Source: Macrostomum lignano (Eukaryota). Taken from it: DNA of 64,000 nt. Location of the stretch: assembly GCA_002269645.1 (NCBI GenBank), contig NIVC01003982.1, positions 2,503 through 66,502 of the forward strand, given 5' to 3'. Position numbers and translations under genes: made by a program. Below the pieces are notes generated by a model. The model saw only the letters and a program-made list of their open reading frames with translations. It ran no database searches and was not told the DNA's origin. Below, one piece after another: positions 12,966 to 33,851 of the stretch. Numbering within the stretch: the first letter of the stretch is position 1; every line of letters starts with the position of its first letter.

Positions 12966-13544
12966 GAGAGTTGGCATAACGGCCAGCCCGCAGGTATAAG
13001 CAGGTGTGATTGACAGGTCACAGTTTCAGCACCGCAGCAAGTGGAGGATAATCCCAGCCCAAGAGCCAGCCGCATCTCACTGATAAAGGGTTGCCCGTCA
13101 GGAACTGCATTCAAGGCAGGCAGACGCCCCAGACCCGAACTCTTGGACCCAGCAGCAATAAGTACACGCGGCAAGGGTACAGGACTGTAACTATATCTAT
13201 TAATCTTTCTAAATCCCATGGGAAACTGGCAGAGCTGGCATTTCCAGATTATTTGTGAGTTCCTGACTCAGCTCTGCTATGCGGACTTCCATAGTGTGGT
13301 CAAAACTTCTTATTTCGGGAGATGAAGGGCTGGAGCGGTGTGTCTTCTTGCAAGCTGCAATTCTCTTTGCAAGCTCAATACGAATTCTTCATCAAAAATT
13401 TCATGCGATTTCTGCAGTCTGCGATTGGCTGCCAGAGCCTGGCTTGCGGGAGAGGAAAAGAAACGGAGCGAATGCAGCTCTGCTCTGCTTGAGTACTTAT
13501 GCGACTGAAGGTAGGGCTTTCTTCATTCAGAGAGGCGGCAGTAG

Positions 13545-13545
<1 letters not shown>

Positions 13546-13599
<54 letters not shown>

Positions 13600-14190
13600 T
13601 CTACAGACTCTCAAACGAACCGGAGTGACAGACTCTCAAACAAATCGGAGTGACAGACTCTCAAACAAATCGGAGTGACAGACTCTCAAACAAATCGGAG
13701 TGACAGACTCTCAAACAAATCGGAGTGACAGACTCTCAAACAAATCGGAGTGACAGACTCTCAAACAAATCGGAGTGACAGACTCTCAAACAAATCGGAG
13801 TGACAGACTCTCAAACAAATCGGAGTGACAGACTCTCAAACAAATCGGAGTGACAGACTCTCAAACAAATCGGAGTGACAGACTCTCAAACAAATCGGAG
13901 TGACAGACTCTCAAACAAATCGGAGTGACAGATTCTCAAACAAATCGGAGTGACAGAATCTTAAACGAACCGGAGTGACAGACTCTCAAACAAATCGGAG
14001 TGACAGACTCTCAAACAAATCGGAGTGACAGACTCTCAAACAAATCGGAGTGACAGACTCTCAAACAAATCGGAGTGACAGACTCTCAAACAAATCGGAG
14101 TGACAGACTCTCAAACAAATCGGAGTGACAGACTCTCAAACGAATCGGAGTGTCAGACTCTTAAAAGAGATCGGAGTGACAGACACCCAA
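13546..14190. repeat. (GACA)n followed by 25-bp minisatellite TGACAGACTCTCAAACAAATCGGAG (duplicate at about 18711-19355)
   Basis: Tandem units seen directly; the array ends a few bases before the GPCR ATG. Confidence 0.96.
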
Positions 14191-14197
14191 TCAAATC

Positions 14198-14580
14198 ATG
14201 GAAAACTGCACGCAGGCAGAAGGCGGCGACAGCCTTCAGCACAGGCTGTTCTTCCAGTGGGCACAGTTCGCCACCGCCCTGATCGCCTACCCGCTGATCT
14301 GCAGCTTCGGCATCGTCGCCAACATCCTCAGCATCGCGGTGATCGCCAGCTGCAAGGTGAACTCACCCACCAACGTGTTCCTAATCAGCCTGGCTGTCAG
14401 CGACACAGTGAAACTGTCCAACGACTTTCTGTACTTTGTCAGCATCCTGCAGCAGAGACTGGCCGGTCAGGGAGGTGAATCTTCGCTGCTGTTCCTGAGG
14501 CTGTACCCCTACAGCCACTTCCTCATGCAGGCCTCCAACTGCGTGACCGCCTGGCTCACCATGGCCATCACCCTGGAGCG
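14198..14580 (+). CDS. GPCR first coding exon (TM1-TM3), upstream duplicate copy
   Basis: Same translation as 19363-19745: FGIVANILSIAVI, TNVFLISLAVSD, AWLTMAITLER; donor CG|GTGAGT at 14581. Confidence 0.85.
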
Positions 14581-14584
14581 GTGA

Positions 14585-14928
14585 GTGAGCAGACTCTCCG
14601 CGTTACTTTTGCGTCACGATGAAACCGAAAATGCCTATTAGCGACCAGAAATCTGCAGTGAGAAACACGAGAGCTCTTACATTACCAGAGTGAAATGAAC
14701 TGCAGAGCCGGACTTGATTGCTTTGTTTGCGTAAAGGAAATTTCATTTTCTACGGAAATTCAACAGACCAGCCCTGGATTTGCCTTTGCTGCTCTCTTCC
14801 GTTCTCTTCCTGCTTCTAGGGGACTGGGACACGGACTGCTAGATGAGATTTCCTTCCCCTGGGAGATGCAGACAAGGAAGTGTTTCGTAAGGAATTTTCG
14901 CGAATCATCTATCTCAAGTTGCTTCCGC
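14585..14928 (+). mobile_element. Dispersed non-coding element ending in a (TCTA)n array (copies 14585-14928 +, 19750-20093 +, 29591-29837 -)
   Basis: The reverse complement of 29591-29837 aligns by eye with 14585-14835 (GTGAGCAG..GTTACTTTTGCGTCAC..CCAGAAATCTGCA.TGAGAAACACGAGAG..TTCCGTTCTCTTCCTGCTTCTAGG.GACTGGGACA). Each copy is followed by a large TCTA array. Confidence 0.7.
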
Positions 14929-15714
<786 letters not shown>

Positions 15715-18709
15715 TATTTTTCTATTCTTTAGCAGCCCTTTTGTGCCGTTTTAAGTTCCCAGAAATGTAATAATTCTATCTCATAAGGAAAGAAGTGCTC
15801 AGCACTCGCGACAATGGGGCATCAGCAGGCAGGCATGGCTGCACTACAACGTAGTCAGATCACTTTGAAGGCACTCTGAAAATTCTAATTGGCCGTGTAG
15901 CAGCGAAAAAGACTTCAGCTTCAGACAGACAAAGGACTGCTCGAGGTGCAAAGGGGAGTTCTTTTATGAATTTTTGAAAGCAACTTTTGAATTTAATGAC
16001 AGATTTCGATCCGAAACTCCAAGGCTCATTACCCAACTCATTCTACCTTAAGTCAGTTACTGCACCGTATGCCCTCGTTAATTAAGATAATTAGAAAAAA
16101 TATTATATGAACCGGAAAACTCTAAGTTGGGTGTTTACAAATTTCAGAATTTTGTCAAAACTTTCTAGAAGTGCAAACTTTTTTATTAGAAAAATTCTTT
16201 AAGCAAGACACTTGATATGAACAAGACAAGACACTTGCTTCACTTCACCCAGCTGTAAAATGGGTGCCAGCATTAGCGACCCCCACCCCCAGTCCTTGGA
16301 CTGAACAGCCGTACGCAGCCTTCAGATGCGCCGCGCAACAGCTGCGGCTGAGCTGTCGGTTGCACATCTGCGCATTAGGTCAGGTGTAATGAGAATGTGT
16401 ATGTCTTTTTCAGTATTTCCGTGTTTGCTGGGTGTCAGGAGAGAGTTAATGAAAGTGCTAGGAGAGGGTCAATGAAAGAAAGAGTCAGAAGAGGGACAAT
16501 GATAGTGTCAGGAGAGGGTCAATGAGGCTGTCAGGAGAGGGTTACTGAAGCTGTCAGGAAAGGGTTACTGAAGCTGTCAGGAGAGGGTTACTGAAGCTGT
16601 CAGGAGAGGGTTACTGAGGCTGTCAGGAGAGGGTTACTGAGGCTGTCAGGAGAGGGTTACTGAGGCTGTCAGGAGAGGGTTACTGAGGCTGTCAGGAGAG
16701 GGTTACTGAGGCTGTCAGGAGAGGGTTACTGAGGCTGTCAGGAGAGGGTTACTGAGGCTGTCAGGAGAGGGTTACTGAGGCTGTCAGGAGAGGGTTACTG
16801 AGGCTGTCAGGAGAGGGTTACTGAGGCTGTCAGGGAAGGGTTACTGAAGCTGTCAATAGAGATTTAATGAGGCTGTCAATAGAGGGTTAATGAGCCTGTC
16901 AAGAGAGGGTTAATGAGTCTGTCAGGAGAGGGTTAATGAGGCTGTCAAGAGAGGGTTACTGAGGCTGTCAGGAGAGGGTTGTCAATGAGGCTGTCAATAT
17001 GTCAAGATGTACCGAATGAAAGGTGTCAGTGCACGTGTTAGCATAAAAGTTGGCAGTGCATGCTGCACGTTCAATGGGACAATTTCCGTTGCAATAATCA
17101 ATAATTAGCATCTTTCTGCTAATTTCAAACAGAGGAAATCGGGACCCGTTCTTGATCTGTTTGGCTCATCCCTCTGTAGGGAATTCATCCCAATCTATTC
17201 CAATTTTCTTTCACAAACCCGTGCGTTGCATTTTAAATTAAATTTCAGAATTTCAGATTTTCATAAAAGCTCAGGAAATTAAAAGCAAGTTACGCTCGTA
17301 CACGCAGACTTCACTGACTTAATCAAAAAATAATTGTTGAACTCATTGAAGAAAGTCGGAGAAAGGTTTTCCGCTTTGCATTATTGCAAATTGGGGTATG
17401 ATGTAATTAACGGCTACTGAGAGAATTGTCATAAATTTTGTCTACAAATGTTTGATTGACCTTAACATTTCGGCTGTTTAGTAGTCTGTGTGTGGAGCTA
17501 AGCTCAACAAAAAGTTATAAAAAATAGTTGCATTTGGTGGCGCTAAAATTATGCTGATCCCGATAAAATTAAAAAGAATCCGGAGAATGTCGTCAAAAGA
17601 GTTCAGAAAGTAGCACCAGAACTCTGGAAATAGCGCCAAAACTCTGGAAATAGCGCCAAAACTCTGGAAATAGCGCCAAAACTCTGGAAATAGCGCCAAA
17701 ACTCTGGAAATAGTGCCAAAAACAATCGGGATAACTGCTCCAAAAACTCATGGAATGGCGCTCAAAAGAATTCTGAAAATGGCGTCAGAACTAATGGAGA
17801 GAATAACGCCAAAAAAAACAATTTAGGGAATAGCACTAAAACTAATCCAGGAGAATGGCGCCAAAAAATCTGGAAAATGGCGCTAGAATTAATCAAGAGA
17901 GTGGCGCCAAAGAAACAATCGAGAGAATGGCACCAAAACCAATTGAAAGAATGGCGCGAAAAACAATCAAGAGAATGGCGTCAAAAAAACGAATCGACAG
18001 AAAGGCGCCAAAAAATCCGGAAAATAGCGTCAAAAAGAGTTTAGAAAATGGCGCGAGTTCAAAATCAGGCGCAAAAATTTCAAGACAATAACGCCAAAAA
18101 AATTTCAGAGAATGGCGCCAAAAAATTCCAGAGAGTTGGCATAACGGCCAGCCCGCAGGTATAAGCAGGTGTGATTGACAGGTCACAGTTTCAGCACCGC
18201 AGCAAGTGGAGGATAATCCCAGCCCAAGAGCCAGCCGCATCTCACTGATAAAGGGTTGCCCGTCAGGAACTGCATTCAAGGCAGGCAGACGCCCCAGACC
18301 CGAACTCTTGGACCCAGCAGCAATAAGTACACGCGGCAAGGGTACAGGACTGTAACTATATCTATTAATCTTTCTAAATCCCATGGGAAACTGGCAGAGC
18401 TGGCATTTCCAGATTATTTGTGAGTTCCTGACTCAGCTCTGCTATGCGGACTTCCATAGTGTGGTCAAAACTTCTTATTTCGGGAGATGAAGGGCTGGAG
18501 CGGTGTGTCTTCTTGCAAGCTGCAATTCTCTTTGCAAGCTCAATACGAATTCTTCATCAAAAATTTCATGCGATTTCTGCAGTCTGCGATTGGCTGCCAG
18601 AGCCTGGCTTGCGGGAGAGGAAAAGAAACGGAGCGAATGCAGCTCTGCTCTGCTTGAGTACTTATGCGACTGAAGGTAGGGCTTTCTTCATTCAGAGAGG
18701 CGGCAGTAG

Positions 18710-18764
<55 letters not shown>

Positions 18765-19362
18765 TCTACAGACTCTCAAACGAACCGGAGTGACAGACTC
18801 TCAAACAAATCGGAGTGACAGACTCTCAAACAAATCGGAGTGACAGACTCTCAAACAAATCGGAGTGACAGACTCTCAAACAAATCGGAGTGACAGACTC
18901 TCAAACAAATCGGAGTGACAGACTCTCAAACAAATCGGAGTGACAGACTCTCAAACAAATCGGAGTGACAGACTCTCAAACAAATCGGAGTGACAGACTC
19001 TCAAACAAATCGGAGTGACAGACTCTCAAACAAATCGGAGTGACAGACTCTCAAACAAATCGGAGTGACAGACTCTCAAACAAATCGGAGTGACAGATTC
19101 TCAAACAAATCGGAGTGACAGAATCTTAAACGAACCGGAGTGACAGACTCTCAAACAAATCGGAGTGACAGACTCTCAAACAAATCGGAGTGACAGACTC
19201 TCAAACAAATCGGAGTGACAGACTCTCAAACAAATCGGAGTGACAGACTCTCAAACAAATCGGAGTGACAGACTCTCAAACAAATCGGAGTGACAGACTC
19301 TCAAACGAATCGGAGTGTCAGACTCTTAAAAGAGATCGGAGTGACAGACACCCAATCAAATC

Positions 19363-26678
<7,316 letters not shown>

Positions 26679-27189
26679 GCCGCTCCAACAAGAGGTTACC
26701 AAATGACTGCTTGGGCAGAAGATTAATTAAAGCACTTTGCACTTTATTTATGGTCCCTGCTGCGGATCATTTCTGAGAAAACCCAGTGCAGCGTACTTTA
26801 AAGTACTGTATGTACTTTGAGATCTGCAGCTTCAGCTGGACTCGGGATTTTTTAGGGTGGGTTCATGGGGGTCAGCCGACCCCTTTGACTCTCTTGGATT
26901 CATCGATTTTTTTCGCTTGTTCTCGCTTCAAACAGATTGATTTTCCTGATGCGACCGAGAACTTTCGATAGTGGTTTACGGGATCAGGTTTGCTTTGTAC
27001 ATGCAAAAGTAGTGGATGAATTATTTTGTATTTAATGTTGCGTAATCATTCGCTACCTCTACTTGATACCGATGATTATTAAGTTGTGTTTATTTTTCTC
27101 TGTCCTGTGATCTGACAACAGAGATTACTGATCGGGTCAGAAATTTTATGCACAGATCTGAGAGTGAGAAAAGTGTTATTGATAATTTT

Positions 27190-27570
27190 AGGGAGAGATC
27201 TCATGTAGAAGTCTCAAGGTGAAATCTCATGAAGAGATCTCAAGAAGAGATTTCAAAAAGAGGCTCAAGAAAAGATCTCATTTGGAGATCTCAAGTCTCA
27301 TTAAGAGATCTCAAGTAAAGGGTCTCAAGAAGAGATCTCAAGTAGAGATCTCATGACAAGATCTCATGGAGCGATCTCAAGGAGAGATCTCATCGAGAGA
27401 TCTTAAAAACAGATATTCAGAAGAGATCGCAGGCAGAGATCTTACAATAATTGTTAGGCTTCTCAAGGAGAGATCTCGGGTGGAGATCTCATTAAGAGAT
27501 CTTACGAAGAGATTAGTGGGAAAGATCTCAAGATTAAATCTCATGGAGAAAGATCTCTAGAAAAATCTCA
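27190..27570. repeat. Degenerate GAGATCTC-based repeat
   Basis: Many GAGATCTC(A/T) palindromic cores at short, irregular spacing. Confidence 0.7.
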
Positions 27571-28077
27571 CAGAGACATCTCTTGAAGGGGTTTAGAGCG
27601 AGAGAAATGAACTATATAGATGCGAGACGAATTAAAGGGTTGTCTAGACTATCAGGTACGTTACATATGTATATGTATATCCTCCTAGCAACTATTTTTA
27701 ATAGGTAATTAACTCTCGCTGTATCTGAATCGAAAATGAAAACGAGTTTGTTGTATTTGTCCTGCTTTTCTGTTCCCTAAACTACATTGTCAGCAGCTGG
27801 TAACTTCGACCAAATTTTATGTAATTGCTAACTGTAATGTGAAAACTGCTAACAAAAGCACTCGTAGATGCTGTTGAAATGCTGTAAAACTGGCTGTAAA
27901 ACCTTTATTCCGACACTAATGGCTGCTATAAATGTAAAAGACGCTACATTAATCAAATACACAGTTGAATTTAAACAATTGAACAGTAAAATTGAAGAGA
28001 CGTGCTTTGCATTGCAACCTTTATACAGACTTATAAGCTTATTGGTGTCCATAAATTAATTACTTATAATAAATAAG

Positions 28078-29591
<1,514 letters not shown>

Positions 29592-30029
29592 CAGTCTGAA
29601 AATGTCCCAGTCTCCTAGAAGCAGGAAGAGAACGGAAAAGAGCAGCAAAGGAAGTCCGCGGTTGGTCTAGCAAGTTTCCGTAGAAAAGGAAATCGGATTG
29701 ACGCGAACAAAGCATCTAGAGTCCATATCCATCTGGTAAAATAAGAACTCTCGTGTTTCTCAGTGCAGATTTCTGGGACCCTTGCTAGTGGGTATTTTTG
29801 GTTTCACTGTGACGCAAAAGTAACACGAGCTGCTCACAGAGGCGCGTGCCCTGCTAGGAGCACGAGCTTATTATGCTCAATTTTCCAGTCCTAGAAGAGA
29901 TCGTCTGATTAATCACCTGGCTGCTCTAAGCTGATAAGGTGTCGCCTCTAAGTAGAACATTCAGATCGAATAGAAGTGCAAACTCTTTGCTTGGGAAGAA
30001 ACTTCTCTTGCTAGCTCGTAGTAAAGAGA

Positions 30030-30560
30030 GGTTGTTCCTGTTAGATAGAGGTTATTAATCTTAGATGTTGTTCCTGTTAGATAGAGGTTATTAATCTTAG
30101 ATGCTGTTCCTGTTAGATAGAGGTTATTAATCTTAGATGTTGTTCCTGTTAGATAGAGGTTATTAATCTTAGATGTTGTTCCTGTTAGATAGAGGTTATT
30201 AATCTTAGATGTTGTTCGTGTTAGATAGAGGTTATTAATCTTAGATGTAGTTCCTGTTAGATAGAGGTTATTACTGTTAGATGTTGTTTCTGTTAGAAAG
30301 ATGTTGTTACTGTTAGACAGATGTTGTTACTGTTATACAGATTTTGTTCCTGTTAGATAGAGGTTATTACTGTTAGATGTTGTTTCTGTTAGACAGAGGT
30401 TGTTACTGTTAGACAGATGTTGTTACTGTTAGACAGATGTTGTTTCTGTTAGACAGATGTTGTTTCTCTTAGACAGATGTTGTTACTGTTAGGCAGAGGC
30501 TCTTAATGTTAGACAAAGAATGTTACTGTTAGGCAGAGGTGGTTACTGATAGACAGCGGT
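30030..30560. repeat. 36-bp minisatellite decaying to a roughly 20-bp unit
   Basis: GTTGTTCCTGTTAGATAGAGGTTATTAATCTTAGAT repeated about 6 times, then GTTAGACAGATGTTGTTACT variants. Confidence 0.9.
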
Positions 30561-31215
30561 TGTTACTGGTTCTGTTTGTTATCTAAAACGAAAAAGGAAA
30601 AAACCCGAAAGCAAAAGAAAGTACAAACTACACGGCTTAGCTAGTGGAAGAAACTTCAAGAATATTTTTAGCAGAAATACGAATACTAAGTGAGTTTTAC
30701 AATTCCCGACATGCACGGCACAAGCAAACGCAATGGCTCAATATTTACTTATACTCAACTGCAAGGACAGAAAATATTTCCTACCTTGGTTATAGTGATA
30801 TTCCTTAGTCGGCAGCCGAATAGGACCTTGGACAAGAGTCTGATTAGACATGGGACAGCTGAGATGATGAACTGCTTGTTATTCTGCAGGGGGAGAATTA
30901 TGACATGTCTGGAGCGGAGAGTGGACAGGGCTCGCTAATTACCCTCTGAAATTTTTTCAATAACCTTAGCCTGGGTGTGAGTAATTAGACAACGCCCTTT
31001 GCGAAGTGTCTTTTTACATTCTGGGCGATGAACCCTATTAGGTTGGCATGTAAACAAAAACGTAGCACTGAAAATAATAAGCGGAACATGCGATTATAAA
31101 ATCGTGACATTTTCTGCATTTTTAAGAAAAATGTCCATATAATACTACTTAATGACAAGTCAATCGAAAAATATGCGTAAGTAGGTATTGAATTTTTTGA
31201 AAATTTTGAAAACAG

Positions 31216-31340
31216 AGTGTACATGTCTGACAATAATAAAGTCAGGGCCGCTGTGCACTCTGCGTGAGTGTTTATGAGTGCGTACTTGCGTACAGTATTG
31301 TCAGCGGAATGGGCGCGTCTACCAACGAGCGTCGGGGTGT
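31216..31340 (+). mobile_element. Diverged internal fragment of the tRNA-SINE family
   Basis: GTGTACATGTCTGACAATAATAAAGTCAGGGCCGCTGTGCACTC..GGAATGGGC matches the SINE body at 55360-55480. Confidence 0.7.
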
Positions 31341-31655
31341 ACATTAATTTGGCAAGGCTTCTGGGGCTGGGGGGTTAGGGATAGGGGTGACGAAGAATGT
31401 ACATTATCTCTCTCCAGTTCAGTGGTTGTTGGGTCAACGCTGCGGCCAATCAGCGCGCAGGAAGTTAAATCAAATTTTATTACCCCCCCCACCACCCCAT
31501 GCACCCCAGAGCTTGTCATGAAATGAAGTGAAACTCTCAATTCACTAAAAAGGCTTTGCACTTTGCTAATAAAACTGTGGGGCAGGTAACAGTAACTTAA
31601 ACAGTAGCCACCAGACATTGGATAATAGTATAGAACTCAGCACCAGCTAGGAGCA

Positions 31656-33038
31656 ATGAACTCGCAGCTGCATCAGGATCAGCAGAACGTTGTTGGGCCT
31701 CTTCAACACGGCGGCGCTGCCACATTTCAAGCCGCTGTGGTGAGTTTTCGCGTCGTTTCGCAACTACCTTTTTTAAAAGAGCAAACCGATCGTGAATGCT
31801 TGACTTGAGTTGTTCATTACGGAAGATTATATTTGAGTCTTTTTCCTTATTTAATAACTGACTACACCATTACCTCAGATTGCATTCTTTGGACAATATC
31901 AATTAGAACTCATGATTTTTATCCCACTATCCAAATCCTGCAACCCAAATCCCATACTCAAAATCCATTATCTAGATCTCATTATCCAGATCAAATATCC
32001 AAATCCCATTATCCAGATCCCATCATCCAAATCCAATTATCCAGATCCCATTATCCAGATCCCATTATTTAGATCCCGTTATCCAAGTCCCATTACGCTA
32101 TTATGTAGATCCCATATCCTAATTCCTATCTAAATCCAATTATCGAGATCCCATTTTCAAAATCGAAATCCTATTATCCAGATCCCATTATCCATGTTCG
32201 ATCACACACCTCCCATCCCCAGTTCGACCGGGTAGCCGCCTCGGCCACCCTCCGTCGGAGCCGTCAGCCGAGCCGCCTACCCGAGGAGCTGCAGAGCCGC
32301 CACCGAGCATTCAGCACCCTGCAGAGTCTTGTTGGAGTCATCCTCGCCCTTCTAGGCTTCGTAGCCCTTGCCTGGGGCCAGTCAGCCTCGCCGTTAGGCG
32401 TCGCTGTTGGAGTCTGGGCTGGCCCAGGATTTCTATTCGCCGGTCAACTCGGTTGCCAGGCGGGTCGCAGCGGCAACGGTGGTCGGTCGAGACGTGCCGC
32501 CCTGCGCTGGTCGCTGTCGAGTTTGGGCGCCTGCTTCGCCTCGTTCAGCATCGGCATAGCGGCTGTCGTGGTGCGAGCCCAGCGCATCTCCCTGCCGCCG
32601 GCTCCCGTGGCCGTGTCCGACTGCGTGAATCTCAGCTTGGTCTGTTTCGGCCTGTGCATGTCCATTGCTCAGGCTGCTTTCGCCTACCTGTCTGTCTGGC
32701 ACTGCTACTGGAACTGTTATTGCGAGGTTGCGAAGACGTCTAGCCATCAGCAGCAAGCCAGCCTACCTGTGGCTGCTCAGCAGACGTGCTCCAAATGTCT
32801 CAAGCAGCAGCAACAGCATCAACAACAGCGAACATCCTGGACAACGGACGATCTGCAGGACAGACGAATTACTCCACCGCCAAGTTATGAGGAGTGGCGC
32901 TCCATGACTCTGGGCCCGGGGTGCGCCGGCAGTGACAGTGCGTCAGTGCACAGCTCTCCGGAGTGCCGCTCGATGATCGTGCCAGGAGAGAAGCCGAGAG
33001 GTCGAAAGAAGAATCTTCGAGTTCACTGGGAGCTGTGA
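31656..33038 (+). CDS. MS4A/CD20-like four-transmembrane protein; join(31656..31739,32223..33038)
   Basis: Phase-0 GT-AG intron. Four hydrophobic segments, including GVWAGPGFLFAGQLG (compare the MS4A GxWxGxxFIxAGxL motif). The cytosolic tail has polyQ and a PPPSY (PY) motif. Confidence 0.68.
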
Positions 33039-33851
33039 TTGGCCCGCTATCTTCTATTTGATTTGTTTTTTTAAGCTTCCATTTTTTAATTCGGTTAAGG
33101 TTGTCCCAAGTTTTAGTCAACGTTTCTCTTTGTTTTATTATGCGGTGGTTACAATTTTACTACTCACGCTCCAGATCTCAGTAGTATGATTAGGATAATT
33201 GACTTTATTTTGATTTGCTATGCTTTCGTCATCATTATATAAATAGTTCTACAAGGCTTATTTCAGACGAAAATCAAGTTTTTAAACATAATTTTGTTTG
33301 AAGAGTTTATTTAATAATTTGAGCCCTCGTCCGACGTTTCCAAGAAACCTGAAAAATAAACTATCGGGCATGAGCAAAACAAAACTTGAATTGCTCTCGC
33401 GTTACATCAACAGAACTTGGTTCACTTCAGATCAGAACTTGGAGCATTTCATTTTGGTTGTTATTGACGGCAAGTAAAACAAACTTGCAGGCCTTACGCC
33501 CAGAAGCAAGCGCAAGGCACCTGTCTCCCAGAAATACTAAAGCTATATAATCTTCATCTCGGCCGCCAGCTCACTGCAAACAAATTTCTGCCTTGGACAA
33601 ACATTAACGGCATAAAGTTGTGTCCAGAGCAAACAGAGAGCCTCCGACAGAGATTGAACTGCCTCTGCTGCTGGAGAGCTCTCTTCTAGAAGAGAAAGCA
33701 AAAAAGAGAGCAGCAACAAGGAATTGCTTGGATCCAGAAGGCTTGGCATCAACTTGCTCCGGCTGAGTTAGTCCTGCCTCTCCTGTTTCCTGACAGCAAT
33801 CGATCTCTTGCCCCTCTGACAGAAGACCTTCAGGCAAGTCATATAGCAGTT

